Origin: Candidatus Magasanikiibacteriota bacterium
GTDB taxonomy: Bacteria; Patescibacteriota; Patescibacteriia; Magasanikbacterales; UBA922
Direction of reading: 5' to 3'
Assembly (NCBI GenBank): GCA_021648085.1
Contig: JAKITS010000001.1
Span: forward strand, 45,434 to 109,433
Length of the DNA: 64,000 nt
The position numbers and the translations under genes were made by a program. The notes beneath the pieces are model-generated. The model worked only from the letters and a program-made list of their open reading frames with translations, made no database searches and was not told where the DNA came from. Positions 30,701 to 40,975 of this stretch are shown piece after piece. Every line of letters starts with the position of its first letter. Position 1 is the stretch's first letter.

Positions 30701-33700
30701 AATACTTGTTTAAATGCTTTGCCAACAGTTTTGTTTAGTGTGGGAATGAGTGATAGCTCACTTTCAGGAAATATTAGAGTTATTACTTGTGGAGAAGATA
30801 GTTTGCCACAGTGTGAAGATGAGGATATTTTTATTGATGTGTCTGCAGATTTTTCTGCTGGTCTGCGGTCTGAAGGATTTGTTTTAAACTTAACTAATAG
30901 TAATGGGGATTTAACACCAAACACTTGGTATAGGGTTGAACTTGGAAGTGGTTTGCAATCTCAAGAAATTAGGAGTATTTTGGGTATAGATCAGACAGTA
31001 AATGAAAACCTTTTAAAAACAAAATCTTGTGGAGACGGAACTTCTTATTGTTTTGAATTTAAAACAGGAGAAGGTTTATGTACCTTAACTTCTGCAGGTA
31101 TAATGCCAGGTACTCATACAACAAAAATACTAGGTCCTGTTTTGGACAGAAGATTTTCAAAAGAAAGTGAAACTTCACTGTTCTACCATATATTTGGAAA
31201 AGGAGATCAAGAGTGCACGGTTTTAGATGTTGATGGTTTCGGCTGGGACTGGAAGAGTCAAGATGATAATAAGGCAACTGTTGAGATAAGTGTTGGAGAT
31301 GGTTTTGTAGATACTAGAGCAATTGTAAATGCTATAGAAAATACAGCACCAGGAGATGTGAATATTTTTGCAATTTCAAGTAATTCACCTATCTCTCCTG
31401 TAAGTAGTTTAATTATAGATTTAGCAGATCCAAAAGTAGAATCGTATTGGCCAAACTGTGCAGAATCTTGTGTAAATAGTGGTGTTGGTGTCAAATTCAA
31501 CAGAGATATGAATGTTGCTGAATTTGTTTCAAATTTTAGGATAAGTGAGTGTATAGATGAATTTTGTAGTATCACATCAACCATCCCAATACAGTTTGAA
31601 ACTCTGAAAAAAAATAATTTAAATGTATTTCCTGTTGGAAATCTACAGCCAAACACTTGGTATTTTGTAGAGGTTTTTCCAGGAATTCATGCTATAGAAA
31701 AAGAAAATCCTCTTACTTATGGTAAAACAGTGGAAGCTTTTTCTTGGAAGTTTAGAACAAAAAATGACAGTACACTTTGTGGGATTGAGGATGTTTTGGT
31801 TGCCCCAACAAAATATATATCGCGTTTAATAGGAGATAGAAAAGAATATAAAGCAACTCCAATGAGTTTAGCAAATGAGTGTAGTTCTGCTGGACAAAGA
31901 TTAAATCCTTGGAATTTTGCATGGGGTTGGGAGGTCGTGGATACTCAAATAGCTAGTATCTCCTCTTTTGAAACTTTTGGAAAGTCAAAACCATTTTGCA
32001 CAACCTCTTGTTTGTTGGCAGGAAGTGTTGTGAGTTCAGATACTCAAAATGTAACTGCTTTGTGTGGAAATGGGATATTGGAGAGTGGGGAAGACTGTGA
32101 GTTGGATGACCCAGAAGAAGTATTAGGGGTTAGCTGTAGTTTAAGTTGTAAAAGAGTTGGGTCTGTAGCACCAACTTGTGGAGATGGGAGGATAGAATCG
32201 GCAAAAGGTGAGCAATGTGATACAGACGATGCTCTAACAGCCGAGGCTTGTAATGATAATTGTTTGTGGAAAGGTTCTTCAAAAGTAGAGCCAAAATCAA
32301 CAGCGCTAAATATTTCTTGGTGTGGAAGTGGTTCTGTAACATTTGGCGAAAGTTGTGATATTAAAGATCCGCTAACGCAAGATAGATGTTCAAATAAGTG
32401 TTTGAATTTGGGAACGCCTATCTCAAGTTATTGGTGTGAGCAAAATAAAACAAACGAATTACCAGACACAACTTTGGTAGGGCAGTCTGCAGAGTGTTTA
32501 TCTTCTGTAAGTATTTGTGGAAACGGATTATTGGAAAATGGAGAAGCTTGTGAAATCATTGCTAGTACTACTGTTGCGTTTGTGGGTGTTGGAAATGTTA
32601 CAGTTTCAAATGCTTCAGATGTTTGCTCTACTTCTTGTTTAGTTTCAAATGCTTGTGATGAACCAAACATGCCAACCTCAATAAGCTGTGATCCAAAGAT
32701 AGAGGAAGGTTGCACGCCAGAGTGTCTAAATTCTGGCTCATCTCTCGACTATTCAACACCTAGTCTGTGTAACGATGGAATTGTAGGGTTAGGGGAAGAT
32801 AGTTTATGTGAATTATCATCTACCGTACCTTTTGGTCAAAATCCATTGCAAATTGTAACAGCTATTGGAGATGGTGTTGTAAATCCAGATACAAATTCTC
32901 AAGATACACAAATAAGAGCTAGAGCTACAAAAACAAAAGATATAAATGGAAATCCTGTTGATATATCATCAGAATATGGAGAATCTTTATATTCATTACA
33001 GTGCGGATATACAAAATTTGAAGAGCTAATAAATAATAGATTTAACGACTGCCCTAATGCTATTGATGGTGTTGCTACGAACTCTTGTTGTTATACCAGA
33101 CCTCAAAGAGTAAGTGAGTATCCTGTGGATGGTTCTGGGATTGGAAATTCTAGTGCACCAGTTTGTTTGAATTCTTTTATAGAGGTTCATTTTGATGAAG
33201 AGATAAGCAAGTCTTCTGTAAGTGAAAATATATTATTAGCAAAAGGTTATCCGGGTGGATATGATTGTTCTGTAAGTGGAGAGGATAATGTGACAGAACA
33301 GGTGAGAAATTTACTTACTTTGCAAGAAGTAAAAGATGGAATTTGGACAAGGGTTTGGAAGGTTATAAAAAGATTTTTTACAAAAGCTGTTGGTTTGGAA
33401 GTTTTTGCAAGTATGTTTAGTGATTCAGATGTAGAGGTTTGGTGTGTGGGATCTGCAAATTTTAGAACAGATGTCTTGTATGAGGAAGATGTTGATGGAA
33501 ATATACTTTCCACAGATATTTCTATTTCTTTAACAAAGCTTTTGGATGTAGATACTGTTTATGCTGTAGTTTTGAAAAATGAAATTGAAAATTCTGAAGG
33601 TGTTGGAATATCTAGTCCAGATAGTTTAAGTGGTACTTTGGATGATTCATGGATTTTTAAAACTGGAGACGAGGTTTGTAAGATAGACAGCGTTTTTGTA

Positions 33701-36700
33701 AGACCGAGTGCAAAATTATTTGTAAAACCAAACACAACTAGCACTTTTTTTGCATTAGCTCAGAGTACTTCAAAACAAAGAATTGTGCCAATTGAAAATG
33801 TGTATGATTGGGAATGGCATTGGGCACCATTAAATAATGCAATTTTTGATATTTCTGCTTCAACTAGTTCTATAAATATAATAGCTTCTAAAGATTTAGA
33901 AGGAAGTGTTCTTGCAAGTGCAAATGCTGTAATTACTCACGACGCAGATCAAAACAATAGTCAGTTTGGAGAGTATTTTACCGGAATTACAAAATTGTTT
34001 GCTTTATTTTGTGAGAATCCTTGGCCACAATACGAATATTTTCCTTTTGAAGAAGGTATATCTTTTGGATCTTTGGGAAATATAAGTGGTTTTGAGCGGG
34101 GAGTTTTTGATGGCTCTACAATTCCAAAAGTTAGAATAGGTGGAGTATTTGAGTACTTTAATTTCAGTATGTCTTATTGTGCGGATAGTGGATCTTCTGA
34201 TAATAAAGCAGACGATCTTCCGTTCCTAAAACCTATTGTTCTTGTAAATGAATTTGATGTAGTTTCTGGTAATTTAGTTCAAGTTGGTGATAAAAGTTTG
34301 TCTGAGGATACTTTAAAAAAATTCTTCTTTTTCAATGAAAAAAATGATGATGTAATTGGTGTTCAAATTTTTATGAATCCGCTCAGGCTTACTGCCCGTG
34401 AATGGTATATAGAAAAATTTGGATCAGACATTGGAATGGATCAAATAACAGTTGCAGGTTATGATGCGTTGTCAGATAATAATAGTATTTATATAAACGC
34501 ACTAAATCAAGGTTCAAATGGAGATATTTATAATAATATTTACTTATTCAGTTTAAATGGAAGTGCGCAATCAAACACCCGTGAAGTTTTTGATATGTTG
34601 ATGGACTCACTTAAAATGAATATAAATATAAGTGAGTTTAATAGTTGCTCACAAGATGGGGATTTTAACACACCAAATATACAAGAAACAGTAGAGTGTA
34701 GCACAGACTTCGAATGTTTAGATGTTGCAGATTCTGGAGGGGTTTGCGCAAATGCACAGACAAAATTCAAAAGAGATTGGACGCGTCTAACAGACTTAAG
34801 GAATACTCAAGAAAAATTAGATTTTTATAAATTAGAAAATAATTCTTATCCAAAATTAGCTTCTGGATCTTTTATTCCAAACTACACAGTTTCCAAATGG
34901 TCATCTTGGGGAAACTTAAGTAATCTAATTGGTGGAGCGCCGTTAGATCCAGTAAACAAGTGGTCCGATTGTGGTGATTTGGATCCACAGACTTGTTGGG
35001 CTGCAGATGTTTCTGAATATGTTTGTCCAGAAAAAACTAGTGTGTACGAATATTCTTTTGACAGTATAACTAGTGATTACACGCTTCACATCCCTTTTGA
35101 ATATTTTGATTTATCCTCATCTGTAGTTTCAGGATTTTTGGACACTTCAAAAATTAAAATAGACAGGTGGTGTACACCGGGCGACATATATAACCCATCT
35201 TCTGGTGTGTGTGGAGATGGTGTAGTAAATGTTGGTGAACAGTGCGACCCTCCAAATTCTATAAATTACACAAATCAAGGTGTGGTTGGATCACAACAAT
35301 CTGGTTTTTGTGCAGATAGTTATTTGAACCAATCTATTTCTTGTATAAATTCAGCAGATTGTGGTTTATATTTGAATGTTGATGTTGAGCGATCAAAAAA
35401 GAGTATTTTTTCAGATACTGGTTCTGTTTGTTTCGGTGGAGTAGCAAAAGATTTACCATACGACATTTTAGCACATAAAAATGATGAAAGTAAATTATAT
35501 GGAATTAGTTGCCAAACATCTTCTGATTGTAAGTCTAAGGAAAATTATTTTAAAAATTTAACAGCAGGCGGATCTGGTGTACTTGGATTGTACAATGTTC
35601 AAAATGATAGTTTTGCTGAAGAGTCTTTAATTGGTGAATTTATATATAAAAACTTAGATGGAATAAAATGTCTTTCTTTACGGGATTTAGATATAGAATT
35701 TAGAAATGCTGGAAGTGGGACAAGGGGTACAAAACCTGTGGAGTGTAGTATTTCTACAAGTAATCCAATAATTGGATCTTGTAATAATGTAGGAGAATTG
35801 GCGCCAGCTCAGTGTACAGATAAGTGTACAATTAAATATGGAAGTTGTACTTCTTTTACAGACTGTGGAAACGGAAGGGTCGAAATTGGAGAAAATTGTG
35901 ATGATGGTGTAAAAAATGGAGAGTATGGAAGTTGTAATTTAACTTGTGATGGAGTTAGTGATCAGTATTGTGGAAATGGTCAAAAAGATGGTGCAAATGA
36001 AGTTTGTGATATAAATAATTTGGGTTTATCTGGATATTGTAGCAAAGATAAAAACATAAGCTGTTCTGATGATTTGGATTGTGGTGAGGTTAGAAATTTT
36101 GGTAGTTGTGGATATGAATATGTTTCTAATGTTCTAAAGCCTGTGTGTTCCTCAATAGATAGTAATGGTAATGTCCAACTTTCAAATTATCAGAATGGAA
36201 CGCAAGTGTTTTGTTATGACAACAGTTGTGATAAATTCGATAAAATTTATGGAACTTGTATTGCATCAAGTGATCCAACATACAGTTTTAATAAAGATAA
36301 TACTTGCGCTTGGGATTGTCAGGATTTTGGAGATTATTGCGGAGATGGAATTGTGCAAGGTGATTACGAAGCTTGCGATGATGGAAATTCAATAGACGAT
36401 GACAGTTGTGATAATTTTTGTGAAATTAATCTTTTAGCTACCACAAGTCAAGCAAGCTCTGCACCAAGTTGTGGAGATGGTGTGGTAGAAGAAGATGGTA
36501 CAGAAACTTGTGATTTGGGAGAGGATAATGGAATTAAATGTAGTCCATCTTATGGAGAATCTTGTAGTTACTGTTCACTAGATTGTGAAAATATTTTGAC
36601 AGTGGACCCTGTCGCGTATTGTGGAAATGAGACTGTTGATTTTAAATTTAATGATTTTAGTGATTGTTCAGATACTGGGAATATTTGCTTATCCGAACCT

Positions 36701-37981
36701 GTTTATGAGGCTTGTGATTTAAATAATAATAAAGTAGTCAAAAGAACTTCTTCTGGTCAAATATTAACACTTGAATGTGAAGACCAAGGCGCTTATTCGT
36801 GTAATAGTTGTAATGCACTTTCAGACAATTGTGCCAAATGTGTACTAGATACTTCAGGATTACTATCTGTTCCAAAAATCGCAATCCTAAATCCAATGAT
36901 AGGAAATGTGGAGCCTTTGGACAAAAACAGTGTGGATCGTTGGGGTTTTGAAGAGACTTTAGTTTTGGTGAGGCCAGAACCACCTGCAGGTTTTATTCAA
37001 AATCCTTATTTTGGATTTACAAGGCTTACAATGGAAAGTAGTATATATAAAGATCCAACACAGCAAAACTATATGATGGTTGAAAGTGGAACTGGTACTT
37101 ATGCACCTTATAAAGAACACACAATAGAAGGTAATGATTTATGTAGCGGAGAATATGGCGTTTATTTCAGTAATAAAGCTATATTTAATGCTGTAAATGG
37201 TTCAGAAGAAGGTTTTGAGGATAGTTATACAGATTTAACTCGTGGGGATCTTTATGATTATCCAGTAGACGGAACTGCTGAAATAAACAATGAAATAGTA
37301 TATTCTCCAGCTGTGCCACTAGAAGTATTTAGAGTAGTTGTAAAATGGACAGATAAGGAAGCTCGCTCAAATGTTTCGTTTAGTGGAATTGTTCAAAGTA
37401 ATTTTCTAAATCCAGCAGGAGAGTTGAACGGGGCTACTACATTTACAGACGCTGCTGCAGACAGAAAAATATGTAATCAGATAGGTTTAGTGAGTAATTT
37501 TCCAATAGAAGGTAGAAGTTTACCTAACTTTAATGAGTTTAGCAAATATTGGTGGCCAGAAAATACAGCTTGTGCTTACAATAAAAGAATCTATGTACAC
37601 CCAGAAGGAAGTATGGCTAGAACTTATACACAGTCTTTTACTATAGATACTTATAATGATAATGCAGACTATTCTTTTGTTGTGCAAGCTGTAAGTGGTT
37701 CTTTGGAAGGTTCACCAATAGCATCATTTCAGAATAGTAATTTGGAAGTAGAGGTGTACACTCATCACAGTGGACAGGTTCCTAGGGTTTCGGTTTTTAA
37801 ACCTACTCACACTTTCAAAATTAACCAATCACAAAAAAGCAGTAATAATGTGGCAAGATATTGGAGTGTATTTAATATTAAGAGGGTTTCAACCTCAGAA
37901 GGTTCAAAATATGAAATTCAAGCAATAGGAACAAACGGAAGTATAGAATCAACTTGGGATGAGGTTGTTCCTAATTTTTAA
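27794..37981 (+). CDS. Giant (3395 aa) surface protein: VirB2-like pilin + Ig-like/IPT-TIG domains + Cys-rich CGxG..GExCD repeats
   Basis: Same pilin-like N-terminus; ITIAGQFFG/VTLSGTGFG TIG motifs; many CGNG/CGDG..E.CD repeats. Confidence 0.85.
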   Translation: MRLFKSKFFLSIFFTLVVVSLFFVSDITAVFAQQADTFGLVEVGQVTELGTQDIRVTIAKIIRTLLGLLGVLAVSIVLYGGFVYMTAGGSEDKLGQAKKIIINGVIGLVIVMSSFAITQFVLSSLSDATGSGSVGLSSNNCSNTEYAINHPSECFSNSNSACTKFPSFCNSADFFFVKSITPSTPNGATGMNNIVIRAVFSKSLASNTNVDSIFSVEKDGISQPLSIKLSQSRQVVEATFRATTPLCDGTVPPNETCLELGDFTIKINPDIKDTTGRELTKNINGQEYPVSADFSVDVENIDHTRPTVTSMTIDGSNAENQNITIGDAHSLRVAMIDNTGIGFVNINIKNIDTGKVIVESFEGPNPLDGSSGEFVIDYPIILGADINSLDRFDVSVTIYDIDHNSSVSILSFIALAESCTNGVQDGDETGVDTGGSCSLSSGSFCDEDWQCASQKCVNNECVAWPMITDIDAWDGGSGNWITIAGQFFGDKEGLVEFGTDSNGDGEINDLDVWVKAGIAICRSLTTWKNDWIVVQVPDDSVLPIGSESAIRITLGDGTGLSDSTVDSHGSISGPNNGLFTKNEIKRPSICAVESVLGSNSAKPDAGFAVIGKNFTDDKTGNKFEFGGVELPTLIWGDLEITSKIPLNTNAGKVSVQVEVGGERSNTVPFTVLPIDKNLIPSISLVNPENITVGSFVTLSGTGFGETTGIVYISPNSGATCTDILAEGCIQVEVSLPNFCGDTWSSNQVIIKIPDNTQFGVYYLVLQNDFGLRTDGSAFVSVVEGDPSPSICKMIPQAGPAPLPVGHQGLEFFGINFSTDPTVYFWSKTATEDDLNTWLNATGNDVNQIDPDTHIVSYIPSTIEGYSMKTGPIAISSIDGVVSNAVNYEVSDCRDVGAPVGYQCCSVGPDAGTIKPNEFICAGETRDAGYAWRFTSGLLPNIPFVVEQCPESSGSGVPSPSPWINRKQGANTCLNALPTVLFSVGMSDSSLSGNIRVITCGEDSLPQCEDEDIFIDVSADFSAGLRSEGFVLNLTNSNGDLTPNTWYRVELGSGLQSQEIRSILGIDQTVNENLLKTKSCGDGTSYCFEFKTGEGLCTLTSAGIMPGTHTTKILGPVLDRRFSKESETSLFYHIFGKGDQECTVLDVDGFGWDWKSQDDNKATVEISVGDGFVDTRAIVNAIENTAPGDVNIFAISSNSPISPVSSLIIDLADPKVESYWPNCAESCVNSGVGVKFNRDMNVAEFVSNFRISECIDEFCSITSTIPIQFETLKKNNLNVFPVGNLQPNTWYFVEVFPGIHAIEKENPLTYGKTVEAFSWKFRTKNDSTLCGIEDVLVAPTKYISRLIGDRKEYKATPMSLANECSSAGQRLNPWNFAWGWEVVDTQIASISSFETFGKSKPFCTTSCLLAGSVVSSDTQNVTALCGNGILESGEDCELDDPEEVLGVSCSLSCKRVGSVAPTCGDGRIESAKGEQCDTDDALTAEACNDNCLWKGSSKVEPKSTALNISWCGSGSVTFGESCDIKDPLTQDRCSNKCLNLGTPISSYWCEQNKTNELPDTTLVGQSAECLSSVSICGNGLLENGEACEIIASTTVAFVGVGNVTVSNASDVCSTSCLVSNACDEPNMPTSISCDPKIEEGCTPECLNSGSSLDYSTPSLCNDGIVGLGEDSLCELSSTVPFGQNPLQIVTAIGDGVVNPDTNSQDTQIRARATKTKDINGNPVDISSEYGESLYSLQCGYTKFEELINNRFNDCPNAIDGVATNSCCYTRPQRVSEYPVDGSGIGNSSAPVCLNSFIEVHFDEEISKSSVSENILLAKGYPGGYDCSVSGEDNVTEQVRNLLTLQEVKDGIWTRVWKVIKRFFTKAVGLEVFASMFSDSDVEVWCVGSANFRTDVLYEEDVDGNILSTDISISLTKLLDVDTVYAVVLKNEIENSEGVGISSPDSLSGTLDDSWIFKTGDEVCKIDSVFVRPSAKLFVKPNTTSTFFALAQSTSKQRIVPIENVYDWEWHWAPLNNAIFDISASTSSINIIASKDLEGSVLASANAVITHDADQNNSQFGEYFTGITKLFALFCENPWPQYEYFPFEEGISFGSLGNISGFERGVFDGSTIPKVRIGGVFEYFNFSMSYCADSGSSDNKADDLPFLKPIVLVNEFDVVSGNLVQVGDKSLSEDTLKKFFFFNEKNDDVIGVQIFMNPLRLTAREWYIEKFGSDIGMDQITVAGYDALSDNNSIYINALNQGSNGDIYNNIYLFSLNGSAQSNTREVFDMLMDSLKMNINISEFNSCSQDGDFNTPNIQETVECSTDFECLDVADSGGVCANAQTKFKRDWTRLTDLRNTQEKLDFYKLENNSYPKLASGSFIPNYTVSKWSSWGNLSNLIGGAPLDPVNKWSDCGDLDPQTCWAADVSEYVCPEKTSVYEYSFDSITSDYTLHIPFEYFDLSSSVVSGFLDTSKIKIDRWCTPGDIYNPSSGVCGDGVVNVGEQCDPPNSINYTNQGVVGSQQSGFCADSYLNQSISCINSADCGLYLNVDVERSKKSIFSDTGSVCFGGVAKDLPYDILAHKNDESKLYGISCQTSSDCKSKENYFKNLTAGGSGVLGLYNVQNDSFAEESLIGEFIYKNLDGIKCLSLRDLDIEFRNAGSGTRGTKPVECSISTSNPIIGSCNNVGELAPAQCTDKCTIKYGSCTSFTDCGNGRVEIGENCDDGVKNGEYGSCNLTCDGVSDQYCGNGQKDGANEVCDINNLGLSGYCSKDKNISCSDDLDCGEVRNFGSCGYEYVSNVLKPVCSSIDSNGNVQLSNYQNGTQVFCYDNSCDKFDKIYGTCIASSDPTYSFNKDNTCAWDCQDFGDYCGDGIVQGDYEACDDGNSIDDDSCDNFCEINLLATTSQASSAPSCGDGVVEEDGTETCDLGEDNGIKCSPSYGESCSYCSLDCENILTVDPVAYCGNETVDFKFNDFSDCSDTGNICLSEPVYEACDLNNNKVVKRTSSGQILTLECEDQGAYSCNSCNALSDNCAKCVLDTSGLLSVPKIAILNPMIGNVEPLDKNSVDRWGFEETLVLVRPEPPAGFIQNPYFGFTRLTMESSIYKDPTQQNYMMVESGTGTYAPYKEHTIEGNDLCSGEYGVYFSNKAIFNAVNGSEEGFEDSYTDLTRGDLYDYPVDGTAEINNEIVYSPAVPLEVFRVVVKWTDKEARSNVSFSGIVQSNFLNPAGELNGATTFTDAAADRKICNQIGLVSNFPIEGRSLPNFNEFSKYWWPENTACAYNKRIYVHPEGSMARTYTQSFTIDTYNDNADYSFVVQAVSGSLEGSPIASFQNSNLEVEVYTHHSGQVPRVSVFKPTHTFKINQSQKSSNNVARYWSVFNIKRVSTSEGSKYEIQAIGTNGSIESTWDEVVPNF

Positions 37982-38028
37982 TAATTTATGTTGAGGTCTA
38001 CATATGGTATAATTAAGTTAATAAAACT

Positions 38029-38403
38029 ATGAAGAGAATTCTGATAGTAGGTTTGGTTATATTTGTAACAGCAGGAATATTGATAACTGCTTTGTTGTTG
38101 TTTTCTAATTCAAAAGAGAAGAATAATTCTCAAAAAAAAATAGATAATACACAAGAACAAATAACAAAAAAAGTAAATCAATTTCCAGATGATTTGGATA
38201 TGGATGGAATTTTAGATGTAGAAGAGGAAAAGCTTGGAACAAGTAATAAGGAGTTTGATACAGATGGGGATGGACTTAGTGATAAAACTGAAATAGAAAT
38301 TCTAGGAACAGATCCGCTAAATCCAGACACAGACGGAGATGGTTTTGCAGATGGTTATGAGGTTATAAAAGGTTTTAACCCAAACGGTGAAGGTACTTTT
38401 TAA
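38029..38403 (+). CDS. Membrane-anchored protein with thrombospondin-type-3-like Ca-binding repeats
   Basis: DTDGDGLSD..E..LGTDPLNPDTDGDG. Confidence 0.85.
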   Translation: MKRILIVGLVIFVTAGILITALLLFSNSKEKNNSQKKIDNTQEQITKKVNQFPDDLDMDGILDVEEEKLGTSNKEFDTDGDGLSDKTEIEILGTDPLNPDTDGDGFADGYEVIKGFNPNGEGTF

Positions 38404-38480
38404 ATATAATTATTAAAAATAAGAAATTTAAAAGTTTCGTAATAAAATTAAGCTTACCAAAAAATTCATAATATAAAAAT

Positions 38481-39344
38481 ATGTTTGATGATAAACCAAC
38501 AGACAATAATAATAAATTACCACCAAATTTGCCAACAAGTGAACCAGAAGATATTTTTGCAGGATCAGATGAAGATGTGAAAAGTGAACAAGAAGTATTA
38601 CAAGAACCGGAAAAAATGCCAGAACCAGAGGTTGAAAAAGAAACACAAGAAACAGCATTAAATGTTGGAGTTTTGCGTGCAAAAGCAGAAGGTGTTTCAG
38701 AGGAAAAACCAAAAGAAACTGAAATTAATCCTGTAGAGAATGAATTAAAACCAGATGAAAGTGGATTGCAACCAATTGATCATACAAAAAAAGTAGAAAT
38801 GCAAACACCGCCAACACAAAGTGGTGATCTTAAAAAGGAACTACAAAAATATGAGGTGAAAGAACCAGGTATGGCAAAGGCAATTATGATTGGTTCTATA
38901 GTTGTAGTTGCTTTAATTGTATTGTTAGGTGGTGCGTGGTGGCTTTATGCTACTTTTATGGCGGGTACAGAAGAGAAAAGTCCATTTGTTGATGAAGTTG
39001 TAGAGCCGGAAGTTGTGGAGGAGGTTGTTATTGAAGATGTATTGCCAGAAGATGTTTTAGATGATGAGTTATTGTTTGGCGGCGCAGTAGATTCAGATGG
39101 AGACGGTTTGGATGACATTAGAGAGTCTGATATAGGAACAGACCCAAACAATTGGGATACTGACGGCGATGCTTTAAGTGATTATGATGAAGTAACAATT
39201 TGGAAGACCAATCCACTGGATGCGGATACAGACGGAGATGGTTATTTAGACGGAGCAGAGGTTACAGCTGGTTTTAGCCCTACTGGACCTGGGAAATTAT
39301 TTGATGTGACAAATCTGGATTCTAGTAATACATCAACAAAGTAA
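38481..39344 (+). CDS. Single-TM protein with C-terminal TSP3-like repeats
   Basis: Acidic N-terminus, TM, DSDGDGLDD..GTDPNNWDTDGD. Confidence 0.85.
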   Translation: MFDDKPTDNNNKLPPNLPTSEPEDIFAGSDEDVKSEQEVLQEPEKMPEPEVEKETQETALNVGVLRAKAEGVSEEKPKETEINPVENELKPDESGLQPIDHTKKVEMQTPPTQSGDLKKELQKYEVKEPGMAKAIMIGSIVVVALIVLLGGAWWLYATFMAGTEEKSPFVDEVVEPEVVEEVVIEDVLPEDVLDDELLFGGAVDSDGDGLDDIRESDIGTDPNNWDTDGDALSDYDEVTIWKTNPLDADTDGDGYLDGAEVTAGFSPTGPGKLFDVTNLDSSNTSTK

Positions 39345-39359
39345 GAAATTATTTAAATT

Positions 39360-40550
39360 ATGTTCGACAAAAAAGAACAAAAAAATACAGATAATTTATC
39401 ACAAAAAGATGTTGTAGATAAAAAAGTAGAAATGGATTTTAATACAATTCCAGATGTTTTTTATGGTGGAACAGAGCCAAAAGTAGAATTTAAAAAGACA
39501 CAAATCAAAATGGTAAAAGAAAATAAAACAGAAATGGTAGATAAGCCAAAACAACCAGAGTTGATACAACCAAAAAAAGTAGAAGAACAGAAAAAACAAA
39601 ATAAACCTATCTTGAGATCTATAAAAGTAAAAACACCAAAAAAGAAATTGTCTATTTTATGGATAATTTTGATAGCAGTTGGAACTACTGTCACAATTGT
39701 GCTTATTTCTTGGTATTATTTAAATCAAGCTGGGTATTTCAGTGATGTTCAAGAAGAAGGTATACTACAAGAAAATACGGATATAAAAATTCCTGTACAA
39801 ATTCCTACAGAAACAGTGGTAGATGTTATAGTCTCAACGACTACCATCACTACTACCACTACCACGGAAGAGGTTGTAGAAGAGCCGGCTTCTTTGCAAG
39901 AGCCTGCTTTAGAGTTCCCTTCAATCAACTTTAAAAATACAGAAGATCTGGACCAAGATAATATGACAGATTTAGAAGAAGAGGTTTTCTCTACAGATAG
40001 TAGTATTTGGGATTCGGATCAAGATAGTTATTACGATGGGCAAGAGCTTGTAAATCTATACAATCCAAAAGGGTTTGCGCCTGTTCGAATTATAGATTCT
40101 GGACTTGTCCGTGAATATGTAAATCCAATATGGAAGTATAGAATTTATTATCCAGTTGTTTGGGAGGTTGCAAGTGTGGACATTGATGCAAACCAGATAT
40201 TAATAAGTAGTGCAACTGGTGAATATATAGAAATTAGAGCATTTAAAAAAGATAAAACACAAACATTTTTGAATTGGTTTAGTGAAAAAGCAGTAGATCA
40301 GAAATTTACAGATTTATCAGAATTTATAAATCGTTTTGAACAGGATGGTTATAGAAGAGCGGACAATCTTGTGGCCTATTTTATACAAGACGAGACGGTT
40401 TTTACGGTTGTGTATCATCAAAATACAGAAGGTAATATAAAGTATAGACATATAGTTGAGATGTTGTTGCAAAGTTTTAGATATGGTAATTCTGTAGATA
40501 TAGATATTACAAAACAGCCTTTGGTTGGATTTGGAGAAGGTGAACTATGA
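39360..40550 (+). CDS. Single-TM protein with Thr-rich stalk, TSP3-like repeats and PsbP-like C-terminal domain
   Basis: TM, poly-Thr, DLDQDNMTD..DSDQDSYYD, YRIYYPVVW. Confidence 0.75.
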   Translation: MFDKKEQKNTDNLSQKDVVDKKVEMDFNTIPDVFYGGTEPKVEFKKTQIKMVKENKTEMVDKPKQPELIQPKKVEEQKKQNKPILRSIKVKTPKKKLSILWIILIAVGTTVTIVLISWYYLNQAGYFSDVQEEGILQENTDIKIPVQIPTETVVDVIVSTTTITTTTTTEEVVEEPASLQEPALEFPSINFKNTEDLDQDNMTDLEEEVFSTDSSIWDSDQDSYYDGQELVNLYNPKGFAPVRIIDSGLVREYVNPIWKYRIYYPVVWEVASVDIDANQILISSATGEYIEIRAFKKDKTQTFLNWFSEKAVDQKFTDLSEFINRFEQDGYRRADNLVAYFIQDETVFTVVYHQNTEGNIKYRHIVEMLLQSFRYGNSVDIDITKQPLVGFGEGEL

Positions 40551-40975
40551 GTGTGAGTATATATAAAACAGTTAAAAATACTGGAATAAAACAAAAAGTT
40601 GTTTTAAGTGCTGTGAAAAAAACTTTATCAAAAATTGGTGTAAAAAATAAAGACATAAGCATTAGTTTTATAGGGAGAAAAAAGATGAATAGTTTAAATA
40701 AACGATATAGAAAGAAAAATAGACCTACAGATGTTTTATCTTTTTCAGCTCAAGAAGGATTTGGTATTGGTGAAAATAGTGATTTTGGAGATATCTTTAT
40801 TTGTGTACCTTTTGTAGAAAAACAAGCAAAAAAGCAAAATATAAGCTACAAAGAAGAATGCTTGAGAATGGTAATTCATGGTGTATTGCATCTTGCTGGG
40901 TATGACCATATTACAAAAAAAGATGAAAAAATAATGTTTGGTATTCAAGAAAATATTTTAAAGAAAATGGTATGA
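40547..40975 (+). CDS. ybeY: rRNA maturation endoribonuclease YbeY
   Basis: PTDVLSF, HGVLHLAGYDH. Confidence 0.96.
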   Translation: MSVSIYKTVKNTGIKQKVVLSAVKKTLSKIGVKNKDISISFIGRKKMNSLNKRYRKKNRPTDVLSFSAQEGFGIGENSDFGDIFICVPFVEKQAKKQNISYKEECLRMVIHGVLHLAGYDHITKKDEKIMFGIQENILKKMV

